From the NCBI GenBank assembly GCA_023920165.1, contig CP089277.1, positions 186,001-250,000 on the forward strand: a stretch of DNA of 64,000 bases, given 5' to 3'. The stretch is from Curvularia clavata (Eukaryota). A program made the position numbers and the translations under genes. A model generated the notes under the pieces. The model was not told where the DNA came from. It made no database searches and saw only the letters and a list, made by a program, of their open reading frames with translations. This document shows positions 36,855 to 48,932 of the stretch, piece after piece (positions within the stretch are counted from its first letter, which is position 1; each line of letters starts with the position of its first letter).

Positions 36855-38628
36855 ATGCCCAACATTGCACCTACCATCGCGAGGCAGGCCTTGCGCATTG
36901 CTTCTCGTCGCTACCCATCGTCGGCCTTCGTACGCGCCCCGGGAGCGGCCGCTCGTCGCCACTATGTCAGCGAGAGCAAAGCTTCGCAGGCGACGGTCAA
37001 TGTCGACACTGCGATCAAGCAGGAGCAGAGGGCCTTTCTAGAGAAGACGGGTGAACGGCCAAGTGATGCGACAATGCCAACAACAGGCATGGGCGCGGAT
37101 GCCATGATGAGCCCTAGTGCTGGTAAGCTTGCAATATTCGCCTCTCGACCCCGCCCCACCTCATGAGACTGACTGGAGCAGGTATACTCAAGCAAGCTAC
37201 GGTCATGGACCAAGGCTCGCGGCCCATCTACTTGGACATGCAAGCTACTACGCCCATGGACCCGAGAGTTGTAGACAAGATGATGCCCTTCATGACCGGC
37301 ATGTACGGCAACCCCCATTCGCGAACCCACGCCTATGGGTGGGAAACGGACAAAGCCGTAGAGGAAGCCCGCGCACACATTGCCAACTTGATTGGTGCCG
37401 ACCCCAAAGAAATCATCTTCACTAGCGGTGCGACTGAAAGTAACAATATGAGTATCAAAGGTGTAGCACGATTCTTTGGAAAGGGAGGCAAGAAGAAGCA
37501 CATCATCACAGCGCAGACCGAGCACAAGTGTGTGCTCGACAGCTGTAGACATTTGCAAGACGAGGGTTTCTCGGTGACTTACCTGCCAGTAGGAAGCAAT
37601 GGTCTCATCGACATGGCCCAGCTCGAAGCCGCCATGCGTCCAGACACTGCCATTGTCAGCATCATGACGGTCAACAACGAGATTGGCGTGGTACAACCAG
37701 TCGAAGAGATTGGACGGCTGTGCCGATCGAAGAAGGTGTTTTTCCACACCGACGCGGCTCAAGCCGTTGGTAAAATTCCCATCGATGTCAACAAGATGAA
37801 TGTCGACTTGATGTCAATATCTGGGCACAAGATCTACGGACCAAAGGGCATTGGAGCATGCTATGTTCGACGACGGCCCAGGGTCAGACTCGAACCCATC
37901 ATCAGTGGTGGTGGCCAGGAGCGCGGTCTGCGAAGTGGCACACTAGCACCTCCCCTTGCTATTGGCATGGGTGAAGCCGCGCGGATTTGCAAAGAGGAGA
38001 TGGAGGTATGTATTTCTTTTTCTTCTATTACACTTTTGAACCACGATGATTATTTGCTTTAATACATGCATGGCTTTCAGAGTGTTAGGCGGCTTCGGCC
38101 GTCGACGCGCCATGTTGACAAATGTGCAGGGGTTATGAGAATTTATTGTTAGCAATTTGGTTGTAACAGTTAATGGGCTCGAACAACGCGCTGACGATAA
38201 TCCAGTATGATACCAAGCGCATCACAGCGCTATCAAATCGTCTCCTCGATGGCTTGCTATCACTTGAGCACACCACACTGAACGGCGACCGCGAGCGACA
38301 TTATCCCGGCTGCGTAAACGTTTCGTTCGCGTATGTTGAAGGAGAATCACTGCTCATGGCGCTGAAGGACATTGCTCTTTCTTCTGGCAGCGCTTGCACT
38401 TCAGCGTCGCTCGAACCCAGCTACGTTCTACGAGCTCTCGGCAGCAGTGATGAGAGCGCGCACAGCAGTATCCGCTTTGGTATTGGCCGCTTCACAACAG
38501 ACTCTGAGATTGATTATGTCTTGAACGCGGTCAAGGAGAGAGTGACGTTCCTGCGAGAGCTTAGTCCATTGTGGGAGCTGGTGCAGGAGGGTGTCGATCT
38601 GAACACAATCGAATGGAGTCAGCACTAA
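36855..38628 (+). CDS. NFS1: Mitochondrial cysteine desulfurase
   Basis: Arg-rich presequence; [38 protein letters not shown] (PLP Lys), SSGSACTS (catalytic Cys), EWSQH end; two introns. Confidence 0.97.
38038..38143 (+). ncRNA. Intronic box C/D snoRNA, double guide (18S rRNA and U6 snRNA)
   Basis: C box ACGATGA 38043-49; guide ACATGCATGGCTT 38064-76; D' CAGA 38078-81; cUUCGg hairpin; C' ATGTTGA 38112-18; guide TGTGCAGGGGTT 38123-34; D ATGA 38135-38. Lies in the ~200-nt NFS1 intron 2. Confidence 0.82.
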
Positions 38629-39007
38629 GTCACACACAATCATTTTGATACCCTGGAAGGGATTTGTATAGTATGGAGGCGTATGTTCTTTCAGCACTGG
38701 TTATGCCTACGCTCGCTGAAGCGGTCACGAGACACATGACTACTTTAATGTACTATATGCGATAGCTCTACAAATGAAATGTATCGAGCCTACCTGACCA
38801 TGACCCAAGACGTGCATTAGTGCGTAACGTAATCTCACAAGTGCTACTGCCACCATGAAATGTGATGCAACCATTCAAAACTCGTATCAAGCATAGAGAT
38901 TGCCGAAGGATTGGCTAGTCAGGGACCCGGTGGCTCGTTGCCAAGGTGTTGAGGGGCAGTGTTTCGATGATGTCGTAGAGCTTCCCCAGGTCCCCACCAA
39001 CCTCCCA

Positions 39008-40977
39008 ATGGCCAGCGACAAAGTATTGAATTGGCTATACAGCGTCCTTGTCAATGCAAGTCAAGTCGGTCGCGTCAAACCAGCGAGTGCTAACAGATGG
39101 TCAGGAATACTTGGACGTGAACCGCACATATCACGACGCGGCTGAGACGCTGGCCAACTATCCGTCGCTCACGGTCCGAACCGAGCCCTACAGTCTGTTG
39201 ACCCCCCAGCATGGCCAGTATAATAGCTGACGAGAGCAGCTTACGAGAATGGAGCCTCGGCGCTCTTACTGCTTCTCACAGGCACGTTGCCTGTCACCTT
39301 TCGCGGCGCGACGTACGGCTTTCCGGTAGCAATATGGGTGCCTCATGCCTACCCAAGAGAACCGCCCATCGTATACGTCACGCCTTCGCAGGACATGGTA
39401 TTGCGCCCTGGACAGCATGTTAGTACAGATGGCAAAGTGTATCATCCGTATCTGGCGCAATGGGCGCAGTATTGGGATGTGAGTATTGCATGCGCTTCAC
39501 AAATCCACATAGCGGCTGACCTTTGCGTAGAAATCTACCTTGTTCGACTTCTTAGCAGTCTTGCGCGGCGTCTTTGCAAAAGAGCCACCAGTACGATCGC
39601 GACAACAGCAGCCGCAGCAGAACGCGCCCGCGCAACAGACTCCACCACCAGTACCTCCACCTCCGGCCGAATGGCGACGTACCGCGCACGCGACACCCAT
39701 CTCCTCACCTGCTCCAGCTTTGTCGAATCAAGCCCCACCGCCTCCCCCCAAACCGCCTAAACCTCATGAACAGCAGTCAGCTACGCCCCAGACACCACAC
39801 GATAGATATTCGAAACCTCCACCTCTACCGCCGCATCCACCACAACATGCTCAGTCTCACCAGCAGCAACAACCTCAGAGGAACAGATACGATGGGCCGT
39901 CAAACTGGCAGCAGCAGCAGCAGCCACCATTACCGCCACCACCACCGCGGGAACAGCAACCTATGCCGTCAGCTGAATCGTTCCGCTTTGGCATGAATCC
40001 AGTTACAGCAGGGCCACGACCGCAACATCCACAGGTACAAGCGTACAACCACCCTCAGCAATCGTTCGGAATGGACAGTCCAGTAAGCCCAATGACGCCC
40101 AACGGCCAAATGACAGCATCCCACTTTCCAGGCTCGGGGCCTTCTCAACCATCTCCGCTCCAGCAGACAAATCAGCAACAAGGACCTCCAGCACCTCGGC
40201 AGCAGCATTCTGGACAACCGGCAGCGCCACAGCATTACCAGCAGTATCCTCCAGGCTATGCTCCGTTTCCGAACCAGCAATACCCGCAGCAACAACCACA
40301 GCAGGCCCCGCCAGCTCCAAAGCCCCCGGTTGACCTACTTGATGACTCGCTGGAGGTTACATTACCATCACAGTCAGGTAACCAGGTTCCCCTGCCGGTG
40401 CCACCAGTCCCACCAAATCCTGAAAAAGATGCGCTTCTTCGAGCTCTTAGCCAGACTCTGGTCTCACAGATTAACCAAACAGTGTCCTCCAACATGGCTG
40501 CCATAGCACCACTTCGTGCACAGCAAGCGGCCCTTCAAAATGCACATGCCCGGTTGCAGGCTGAGTTGGGCGAACTGCAACAACTTGAAGCAGCCCTTGC
40601 TTCTAACGAACAAGTATTAAAAGGAGCAATGGTCGAGGCAGATCGAGTCATGGAAGATGCGCGCAGAAGGAAGGCCCCAGACGTGGACGATGTGTTGGTG
40701 GCGCCGACTGTGGTCGGAGGGCAGCTATATACTCTGGCTGCTGAAGAGAAAGGCATTGCAGACGCGCTGTTTGTTCTGGGACGGGCCCTTGACAGGGGCC
40801 GGATTACCCCAGATGTGTTCGTCAAGGTACGTACCATCTCCCTGAGACTCGTTGATTCGAACAGCTACTTACAGCCTACAGCAAACTCGCAGTCTTGCTC
40901 GTGAGCAGTTTTTGAAAAAGGCACTCATCAAAAAGATCGCCAGAGGCATGGCACTAGACGAATACCAACTACAATAA
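39008..40977 (+). CDS. VPS23: ESCRT-I subunit Vps23/Stp22/TSG101
   Basis: UEV domain (LPVTFRG..FPVAIWVPHAYPREPP..VYHPYL), P/Q-rich linker, coiled coil, SB box (QLY.L.AEE.GI.D..FVK|QTRSLAREQF). First intron is GC-AG. Confidence 0.92.
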
Positions 40978-41590
40978 ACTTGGCTCAGGGTAGTTCCGAG
41001 GACTTGAGGGGTTTCCTGGCCTGCTGCAGCTCATCCGATACCAATGCGAAACTCGGCAGCGACAGTTTTCAGTTACGCCTGCGTATCGCACAATCGTGTC
41101 TTGAATGAATCGTGCCAATCAAGCCCTGAGTTGTATGAATGGGGCTATGTGTTTGCAGTACGTGATTATCGTATTGCTCAGTCATCGTCGTTGCGCAAGT
41201 CACTCGACGTGTCAATTTAGGACTCAATAACCAAGACCAAGAATTTTTAATCTGGATCGAGTAATTCAATCGTGTGGCAAGGGCAAAGCCGAATCAAGCT
41301 TATGATAGCGCCATGCTAAGAGCGATCCTGCATCGAATTTACCCGGGCTAACAATGACGCGGGCCACTTTGCTCTAAATTAAGCCTTGCCCAGTACGATT
41401 CAGGATCAGGCAACCAACCACGCCGTGATGGCAGAAGAAGTCTTGACTCTCTGCTGCCTGGCCTCCTCTTGCTTCTTCATGCTTCGCTTTTGACCGTCGC
41501 CATCGCGCATATTTTTGCGCTTCCGCTCGCTCGCGCCTACATCCACAACGACACTCGTTTTTTTATATACTTAATCACATTCTAATAATC

Positions 41591-42865
41591 ATGTCCGCTT
41601 CACAGCCCCAGGTCGCACCCCAAGCGTCTGGAGCGCCCACAGAGCCCTCGAATGCCCAAGCCGCTGCATCACAGACTCCCGCAATGCCGTCCGAATCATC
41701 TTCAGGACCGACCGCTACCAATGCGAACGCTGACCGAAGCGTGAATCCCACCCCAAATCAAGATGCGACGATCGCGGCGGGTACTCCCACCCCCGGTCAG
41801 AATACGACTCCTGCTCCAGCGACCCAGGCGACTACCCCCACCGACGAGCCCCTCTCTTACAACGACAAGCTCAATGCTAACGACCGTTACTGGAAGTTCA
41901 AGTTTGGCTTCTATGCCGTCCTCATCATAACGGGTCTGGTGGGCATCGGCTGTTTTGCATGGCTCATGAGCACACGCGGTGCGCTTTATGAAGGCTATGG
42001 CATGGATTCCTTCATCGGTCTATGGCCCGCCCTGATCACCTGGTCTTTTTCAATTGTCTGGTGCATCTGTTGTGTTGTCATCTTTCTCACGCGGAAACGT
42101 GCTGTTCATCCTGGTACACGCGTAGCCGTGGAGCTGCTCCTGTGGCTGGCTTTCCTTGTTACATCGCTGTTTGCACTTTTCGCCCTGCAGAGCCTGATGG
42201 ACTATGGCTTGTATGGTGGCCCTGACGGTTGGACATATAACTACTCCAACAATGGTGGGGACTATGTCCTTGCATCCAACAACACCTGGGTTTGGGAAAC
42301 AGACAACAGCTATATTTCAAGCCCTCGCGATTGCACCGGCAGTCATGCACCATTCTACAACATGGACTTTAAAGACTGCGCTGAACAGGACGCCTTCGTC
42401 AACAGGGCCTGGGCCGAGAAGCCGCACCGCACAAGCGTTAACCTGACGGGAGTTGTATGCCAGTTTTTCGGTTTAGCTATCCACTTTGCCTTGTTCGTCT
42501 GGGCCTGTGTGGATACAAATCGGTACAATCGCAGCAAGATCAGCAATGATGCCGAGAAACTTGCTGCCGGAATCGTGGAGAAGATGATCCAAAACGGCGC
42601 TATTGTACCCCCGCCAGGACAGGCTCACTTGCAGCCGGGTATGGGCCAAAGAGTGTACTATCAGGTGCCTCCACAGGGGTATTCGATGCAGCCCGTGTAC
42701 ATGCAGCAAGGTCCAGGACAACCACAGCAATTCATGCACCCGCAACAGATGGGCCAGCAGCAGTATATGATGCCAATGCAGTATCCCATGGCGCAGCAAG
42801 GACCAAATGGCCCGGCTGTCGGTACTGCCGGGCCAAGCAATGAGAAGGCGGCACGGTATGCCTGA
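41591..42865 (+). CDS. Hypothetical 4-TM membrane protein (MARVEL-like topology) with disordered termini
   Basis: 424-aa ORF; four hydrophobic helices, VHPG..V.VELLLWL, LFVWACVDT; Q/M/P-rich tail. Confidence 0.8.
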   Translation: MSASQPQVAPQASGAPTEPSNAQAAASQTPAMPSESSSGPTATNANADRSVNPTPNQDATIAAGTPTPGQNTTPAPATQATTPTDEPLSYNDKLNANDRYWKFKFGFYAVLIITGLVGIGCFAWLMSTRGALYEGYGMDSFIGLWPALITWSFSIVWCICCVVIFLTRKRAVHPGTRVAVELLLWLAFLVTSLFALFALQSLMDYGLYGGPDGWTYNYSNNGGDYVLASNNTWVWETDNSYISSPRDCTGSHAPFYNMDFKDCAEQDAFVNRAWAEKPHRTSVNLTGVVCQFFGLAIHFALFVWACVDTNRYNRSKISNDAEKLAAGIVEKMIQNGAIVPPPGQAHLQPGMGQRVYYQVPPQGYSMQPVYMQQGPGQPQQFMHPQQMGQQQYMMPMQYPMAQQGPNGPAVGTAGPSNEKAARYA

Positions 42866-43132
42866 GCAGGAGAGAAGGAACTTGTATCACATGTGAATGA
42901 GTCAAGGACACGCACGATGAGCATTTGCGCAGACGAGATACCCCTTTGACATGCAGTTGACTAGTTTTATTCTTTTCTTCTTCTTTGCGAGCTTAGCTCT
43001 GAGTTTTTTTTTTCTGAAAGACGATATTATTTGATTTGAGGAGAAGGAACTTTGAGATTGGTTTGATTTTCAGCTTATACGAGAGACATTGAGAAGGAAT
43101 AAGAATATATGATAGTCCTTCTCCACAACTAT

Positions 43133-45598
43133 CTACAAAGTAGCAGCCTCAACGTTAAATATCCGCAATGAAGTATCGTCACTCGCTACAGCAATCTGCT
43201 GCTGCTGTCCACTGCCCTGTCTACCAGGTCGCCAGACAATCTGATTGATCGTCTTCGCAGGCAGTAGATGCGGCTGCACCATCGACACATGTACTTGGTC
43301 CAGAGCCTCCGATCCCACGCTTCCAACACCCACTTCACCACTCTCCGTTCCAAACGCAAATACCACTTTACCTTCTGCATCTGGGTTCGTAGCATTGCAC
43401 GCCACAGCCGTAACAGGGGCGTTTGCCGAAACAGTAGCTTTAAGCTGTACATCCGACTCCGTAACTTGCCAGATCTTGATACTCTTATCTCTTCCTGCCG
43501 TTAGGAAAGTAGGCTGGTTGACGAGAGGCGCCCATGCCGCGTCGAGAATCATACGTGAATGACCCTTTGGATTCGAGTGTTTCTGCGTATACAGCGCTGC
43601 TGAGTCGCTGCTGCGTTCCCACAGGACCCATTGCCGGTCACGGCCTACACTCAGCAGGTACTTGTCGTCTGGGGAGAACTGCAGCGAAGTGACGGTGAGG
43701 GAGTGGGCTTTGAGCGGGGGCTTGACTTCGAGCCATTCTTTGGTGTCGTAGAGACGGATTACCGCGTGGTCGATAGAACTAGCGCGGCAGGCAGTGGCGA
43801 CGAGGCTGGCGTCGTGGCTTACGGCCAGAGCGGAGATTTCGTAGCCGTGGCCGTAGAGTTTCTCTGTCTCGGGCCAGAGTAGGTGGCGCGCGAGGTGGTC
43901 CTCGAAGGGTGGGTGGTTGAAGTCTAGTGTGGATTTGCGGACTACCGAGGCCGGGTCTATGGCTTCACGCTCGTCTTCGTCGCCGTTTTCCACGGGCTCT
44001 TCGTCGCCGACGGCTTGGATGGCTTTGTTGGAGAGACCGAGAACGGGGATGTTGGCTGCGTCTGGTAGCGCGGCTGAGGTGGACGGCTGTATGTCGCACA
44101 GTTTGTGAAGCATCTCCGCGACGCCTTTTGGTTCGTCGAAAACACGAAGCAGCTTCTCGTCTGCACCGGAGATGAATTGCGTATTGGAGACTGTATCGAT
44201 ACAGTTGAGATCGTATCCGTGGATTTGCGGTCTCGAGAATTCGTGCCATGAGGGCGCCACGCCATCGCGTTTCCATTGAGAGTACAGCCGCGTTGTCTGA
44301 TCGGTTCCCGTTGTAAGAAGATACGATCCGTCTCTTGACCATGACACGCCCTTGACTTCACGTACATGGCCAGTGACGGCGACCTGCTGCTTCCACATGT
44401 CTTCCGCAGCGGAGAATGTCCACTTTCTCCAGCTGCCGGTACGACCTAGAGACACGACTGTATTGCCATCTGGCGACCACAGTCCAATCCAGAAACCTCC
44501 TGCGCTACCAGTGGCACTGGTAGAACCCTTTTGGGCACTGATTTCTCCTAGTCGAGTGATGCATACCCATACACCGGAAGAAGGATCAGACTCCCAGATC
44601 GACAGCGAATTGTCTTCAGAAGTAGATAGCAGTTGTAGCTTTCCGTCGCGGTGACGCCATGATGCTTGGTAGATCCAATCTTCGTGGCCTAAGAGCAGAG
44701 CCTCGAATGTGATCGAGTATTTGGATTCAGTTGAGCTGATCCAATGCGCTTTGTTTGACAGTGATTTTCCCATGCCACCCAAAGCAGGGTCATTAAGCGC
44801 TGTGCTCGCAGCGGGGAGCTCATTTCCTCTGTGAAGTCGCCAGAGACGGATGTATTTGTCTTGACTTGCTGAAGCCAGCAAAAGATCACTGTCAGGCTCC
44901 GATGTCTCTTTGGTGAATTCAAGCGCACGGATCCATCCTTCGTGTCCAGTCAGCGTAGCTGAGAGCTGGAATTGACTGTCGTGGGAAACAAAGATCTGGA
45001 TGGTGCTGCGGGTTCCAGCGACTGCCAACACTATTGACTTTGAGTCCAGTGTTGCAAGGGCTAGATTGAGAGGGAAGTACTTGGGTGAAAGCGTGATAGT
45101 TTGAACAAGTTCGGCGTCGATTGAAGCAAAATCCGAATCATGGATCAGCTTCCATATCTTGACGGTGCCGTCGGAAGATCCGGTAACAAACGTTTCCGAC
45201 CCAGACAGCGTCGCTATCCGTGTGACGGGCTGCTGATGTTCAGATATGGTTTTTACACACTCGAAGCGTTCGCCTCTCTTGGCTCGCCATATGCGAACAG
45301 AGTTGTCAGCTGATCCACTAAGCAAGACTGATATATCCGGCGATGAAGTCGGGAAGAACTTGACCGCATTCACAGCCTTGGCATGTCCACTCAATATTGC
45401 ATGTACACCGCGAAGTCCCTCATGCTGCCTTGGTGAGTGAAAAGTACGTCATTGGCGTGCTGGACTCACTTGAGGATCCCACAGTGCAATATTATTGTCG
45501 GCGCCAAAAGCCAACAGCTGCAACCCGGCATCATCCCAATCGGCGGCCGCAGGGTTACGATTGCCGCCTATGGCTATGAACTCAGGAGATACATTCAT
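43133..45598 (-). CDS. ELP2: Elongator complex subunit 2 (WD40)
   Basis: GGNRNPAAADW N-terminus, GHEGWI, SASQDKYIRLW, RPQIHGYD, SGADEKLLRVF, LWPETEKLYGHGYE; one intron. Confidence 0.95.
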
Positions 45599-45785
45599 TG
45601 TTCGTAGTGGTGGTGCATGCGCGGGTACTGCATCTAGTCATCGCCCGTAAGGATTTCTTTGGCGCTAGTCTCGCTTAGCCGCCGTCGATCCATCATGACT
45701 GGCAAGCGCAACCGGCGTGCCCGGTCTCTACAACAAAACTGCGTAGCCATCTTCCAATCTGCTTTGGCGAGAATTCACACTAGAC

Positions 45786-46210
45786 ATGTCGAATGATGAA
45801 ACAATTCCAGTAAAGATCGAGTTCAGGTATATCTCAACAGTATCTGGGCATAGCACAATTCACTGACTCCACTACAGCGGGGGACTCGAGATTCTCTTTG
45901 CCAACCAAAAGAAGTATGATCTCTCTCTACCGGCTAAGGATGAGTCGGGGAGCCCAGCAAACATAGCGTTTCTTGTAAGATACCTTTGTGACAATGTCAT
46001 GAAGGATCCGCGTAAGGAGTTATTCGTGTTGGACGACACCGTGTATGTTCAACTATCACAGCCGCTTCCGCACTGCTGACATGGTGAACCAGACGACCTG
46101 GCATCTTAGTCCTCATCAACGAGGCAGACTGGGAGCTAGAAGGGGAGGATAAATACGAGGTACAAAAGGGCGACCACATCATGTTTGTCTCCACGCTTCA
46201 TGGAGGATGA
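45786..46210 (+). CDS. URM1: Ubiquitin-related modifier 1 (missing from ORF track)
   Basis: Three exons give [10 protein letters not shown]...[18 protein letters not shown]...FVSTLHGG*, with the diagnostic C-terminal GG. Confidence 0.95.
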
Positions 46211-46993
46211 AGGATATGCATAGGAAGAGCAGCACCACTTACCATATTTGCCCTGTGGGAGAATCTCTCTATTTTGGTTCAAAAGCTCGTCTGTTCGAGA
46301 AATCAGTCAAGAATAAGGCTTCTGCAGCATCCAGCTTACGTAAGATGTAAGATGTAGTTAAAAATTAATCAGGTGCTCAGATGTTGAAGTGTCAGGGGAT
46401 ATCCACTGATGTAGCAACACATGACCAAATTGTTAGTATCTATCAGTACTTTCTGCCAATGTAGATAGGTATCTTCTTCACTCGATCAACTACTAGCGGC
46501 TACCTCGACTGTATGATCACGGGTCGCCCATCGATCTTTTGCGCTCGAACTCGTGTTGTGCCACAATATTTATTGCTTACAAGTCACTGCAGTGATAATA
46601 CATGTCGTCCTGGTATCACAAGATGAAGAACTACTTTTCATTCACTTCCAAAGAGACTTATGTAACATCAACCACTATATAAGTTAATGAACATCAGGAT
46701 TAATCATGTATCGATGCAGCGACAGAGGACACTTCTGCAATCGGGACGAAAAGAAGGAGTTCGTACTCATCTGACTTCAAGGATACAGATGAAGACGACG
46801 CAACCGGGAGTGAGACTGAAGCAAAGAGCGAGCAAGAGTCAGCCGCTACCAACCATCAAGAATAAGCTAAGATCTTCAACAATCCCAATGGGGTAGGTAG
46901 AAGGCACTTGATCCACAGAAGCCTGCTATCAGGGTTGTATTGCTCCACCTCATCTGAACCTTAAAAGGAAATTTCTAAAGCTCAGTGAAAAAT

Positions 46994-47450
46994 CTATTTG
47001 CATATTCCAAAGTTCTTCTGGCTATGGAAAGGTTAGTGCAAGTGACAGCAATCAAACAGAGGGAGCACATACCAGCCGGTCTTGCAATGGCCGTCTGTTG
47101 TGCCGCAGAAACCACTGCTTGAGCAGCATTGCCCGTCGAACGGGCCATTGGCACATGTAAAACCGCCCTTTGAAGCGCCACAGTCGCCGTTTAGCGTTGG
47201 AACATTGACTGTTAAACACGCGCTGGAGAAGGACTTTTGACTATCGCCACATTAGCATGAACCATATAGCACGTTAGGATAAACAAAGTGCGTACCAGCC
47301 TTGGGCGCAGTAATTGACCGTACTGCCGCAGTAGCCATCTTTGTTATAGCAGTTCCCGAAAGTACTGCCCTGGCACGTCATGCATTTACTTCCACCACAA
47401 GTGCTGCTAGTAGAAACGTCTGTTGTTAGTGGTGTACTCGAAGTCTCTGT
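46994..47450 (-). pseudogene. 5'-truncated fragment with two chitin-binding type-1 (CBM18/hevein) domains
   Basis: CGG..TCQGSTFGNC(frameshift)GYCGSTVNYCAQGC|QKSF and CGASKGGFTCANGPFDGQCCSSSGFCGTTDGHCKTGC|QKNFGICK*. Two introns; abuts an AT-rich break at ~47460-47530. Confidence 0.8.
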
Positions 47451-47712
47451 TGGACAGAGATATACTTTCTAGTTTTATTTTGAGTGGGTAGAAATATTTA
47501 TTAAACTATCATTTACATTAAGTAAACTATTGCATGCACTGGCCACCTACAGCAGCGCACTGTGTCAAGAGCCATGCCAAGTCAGCTAGTATACTACGTA
47601 CGTAAGCGATGGCAGCGGCAGTCGTTGATATACAACCGTGCCGCACACTATTCCTCCTACATTCTTTTTCGCTCAACAAAACCCCATTTTCTCATCTTCG
47701 AATCTCTCCACC

Positions 47713-48354
47713 ATGACATCGAGGCCTAAGCGATCCATGTTGGAAGTTCGTAACGATCTCCTCTATCGACTGCGCTGGAACGTCTTCGGCCCTTTGGACG
47801 AAATCGAAATCCGGACGGGACCTTGGGATCAGACGACAGACGTACCTCTTTTTGGCCATCCTCTTGCCAAAGAGTCTATTGCCGTTCCACCTGTGAGTCG
47901 CATTGACAAGCTGTGCATTGCCGAGTGCCTCGACAGAGTGGACTACCGCATGGAAGAGGCCTATCAATACAAGCCACCCCCTCCTTTGACTATCCACAAT
48001 GAAGACGGCAGTGCTATCTCAATTGGGCAGTTCGTCACTGAAGCACACGCCTACTTGAATCTCCATGCAGAAGCACTTAAGGATGCCAAGGGCAGGCTGT
48101 ATGGGATACCCGGCGAAACTGACCCAATAACCGGCATTTGCACTATTGTCGACCATTACCTACCCCCTAGCACTCGCCTCTTCTTCAAGAGAGTTGATGC
48201 GGTACAAATTGGTGAAATCAACCAATTCTCGGTCAGTGTCTTCGCCGAGGGAGAGATGTTCATTACAGCCGAGGATTTTTGGGACAGGCAACTAGTGGGC
48301 GTTCGATTCTGTGAGCAGCCGTTGGAGGATGTATCCGTAGCCAAGTATCGATAG
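47713..48354 (+). CDS. Hypothetical protein
   Basis: Intronless ~213-aa ORF from accATG, with globular composition and no motif I recognise. Confidence 0.65.
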   Translation: MTSRPKRSMLEVRNDLLYRLRWNVFGPLDEIEIRTGPWDQTTDVPLFGHPLAKESIAVPPVSRIDKLCIAECLDRVDYRMEEAYQYKPPPPLTIHNEDGSAISIGQFVTEAHAYLNLHAEALKDAKGRLYGIPGETDPITGICTIVDHYLPPSTRLFFKRVDAVQIGEINQFSVSVFAEGEMFITAEDFWDRQLVGVRFCEQPLEDVSVAKYR

Positions 48355-48932
48355 TCTCACCGAAAAAGAGCAAGGGATTGATTAACCTCTTCTCAGCTCA
48401 TTGTGATGGCGTGGCGTCTCGACAGTACCGCGACACTGGCACATCAGTGGGTCTATAGATACAAACGCCTCAGGGAACCCTGGGATAGACTACCCAACAC
48501 ACATCCAACGGCACAGCGTACCCGTGGTGTATTGAGTGCGCTACGAAGAAGTTCTGTAGGAATGCATTACTTGCTTGTATAAATCTAGATAGCTGCGAGC
48601 CCCAGAAGGGCACGAATTCATCTCATACTTTCCTCACCTATCCGCAAGCTTTCTGTCAAGGTCCTGGGTCAAGAAGACGTTATTTATATTCAAGTCTCCA
48701 TGCACAGCATTTTTAGCATGAACAAAATAGAGTACCACAAAACGAAGAGGAATGAAGGTGGTTTGGTGGCCTGTTCAAAGTTACACCGCCGAGTCGGGCG
48801 CCAGGACTTAGCTCGTGATGATCATGTGCCCCACCTTTAGATGCGTGCACACATTCCACCTACCGTAAACGAGCCAGCGCCAGTTGGATGAACTTGCGTC
48901 TCAAGTTACTGCTGGCCTCCAACTTATAATCA

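Noticed and set aside
38006..38205. TPP riboswitch in NFS1 intron
   Set aside because: Lacks the CUGAGA and GAUNNNGNUAAU core. The box C/D and guide layout explains the structure better.
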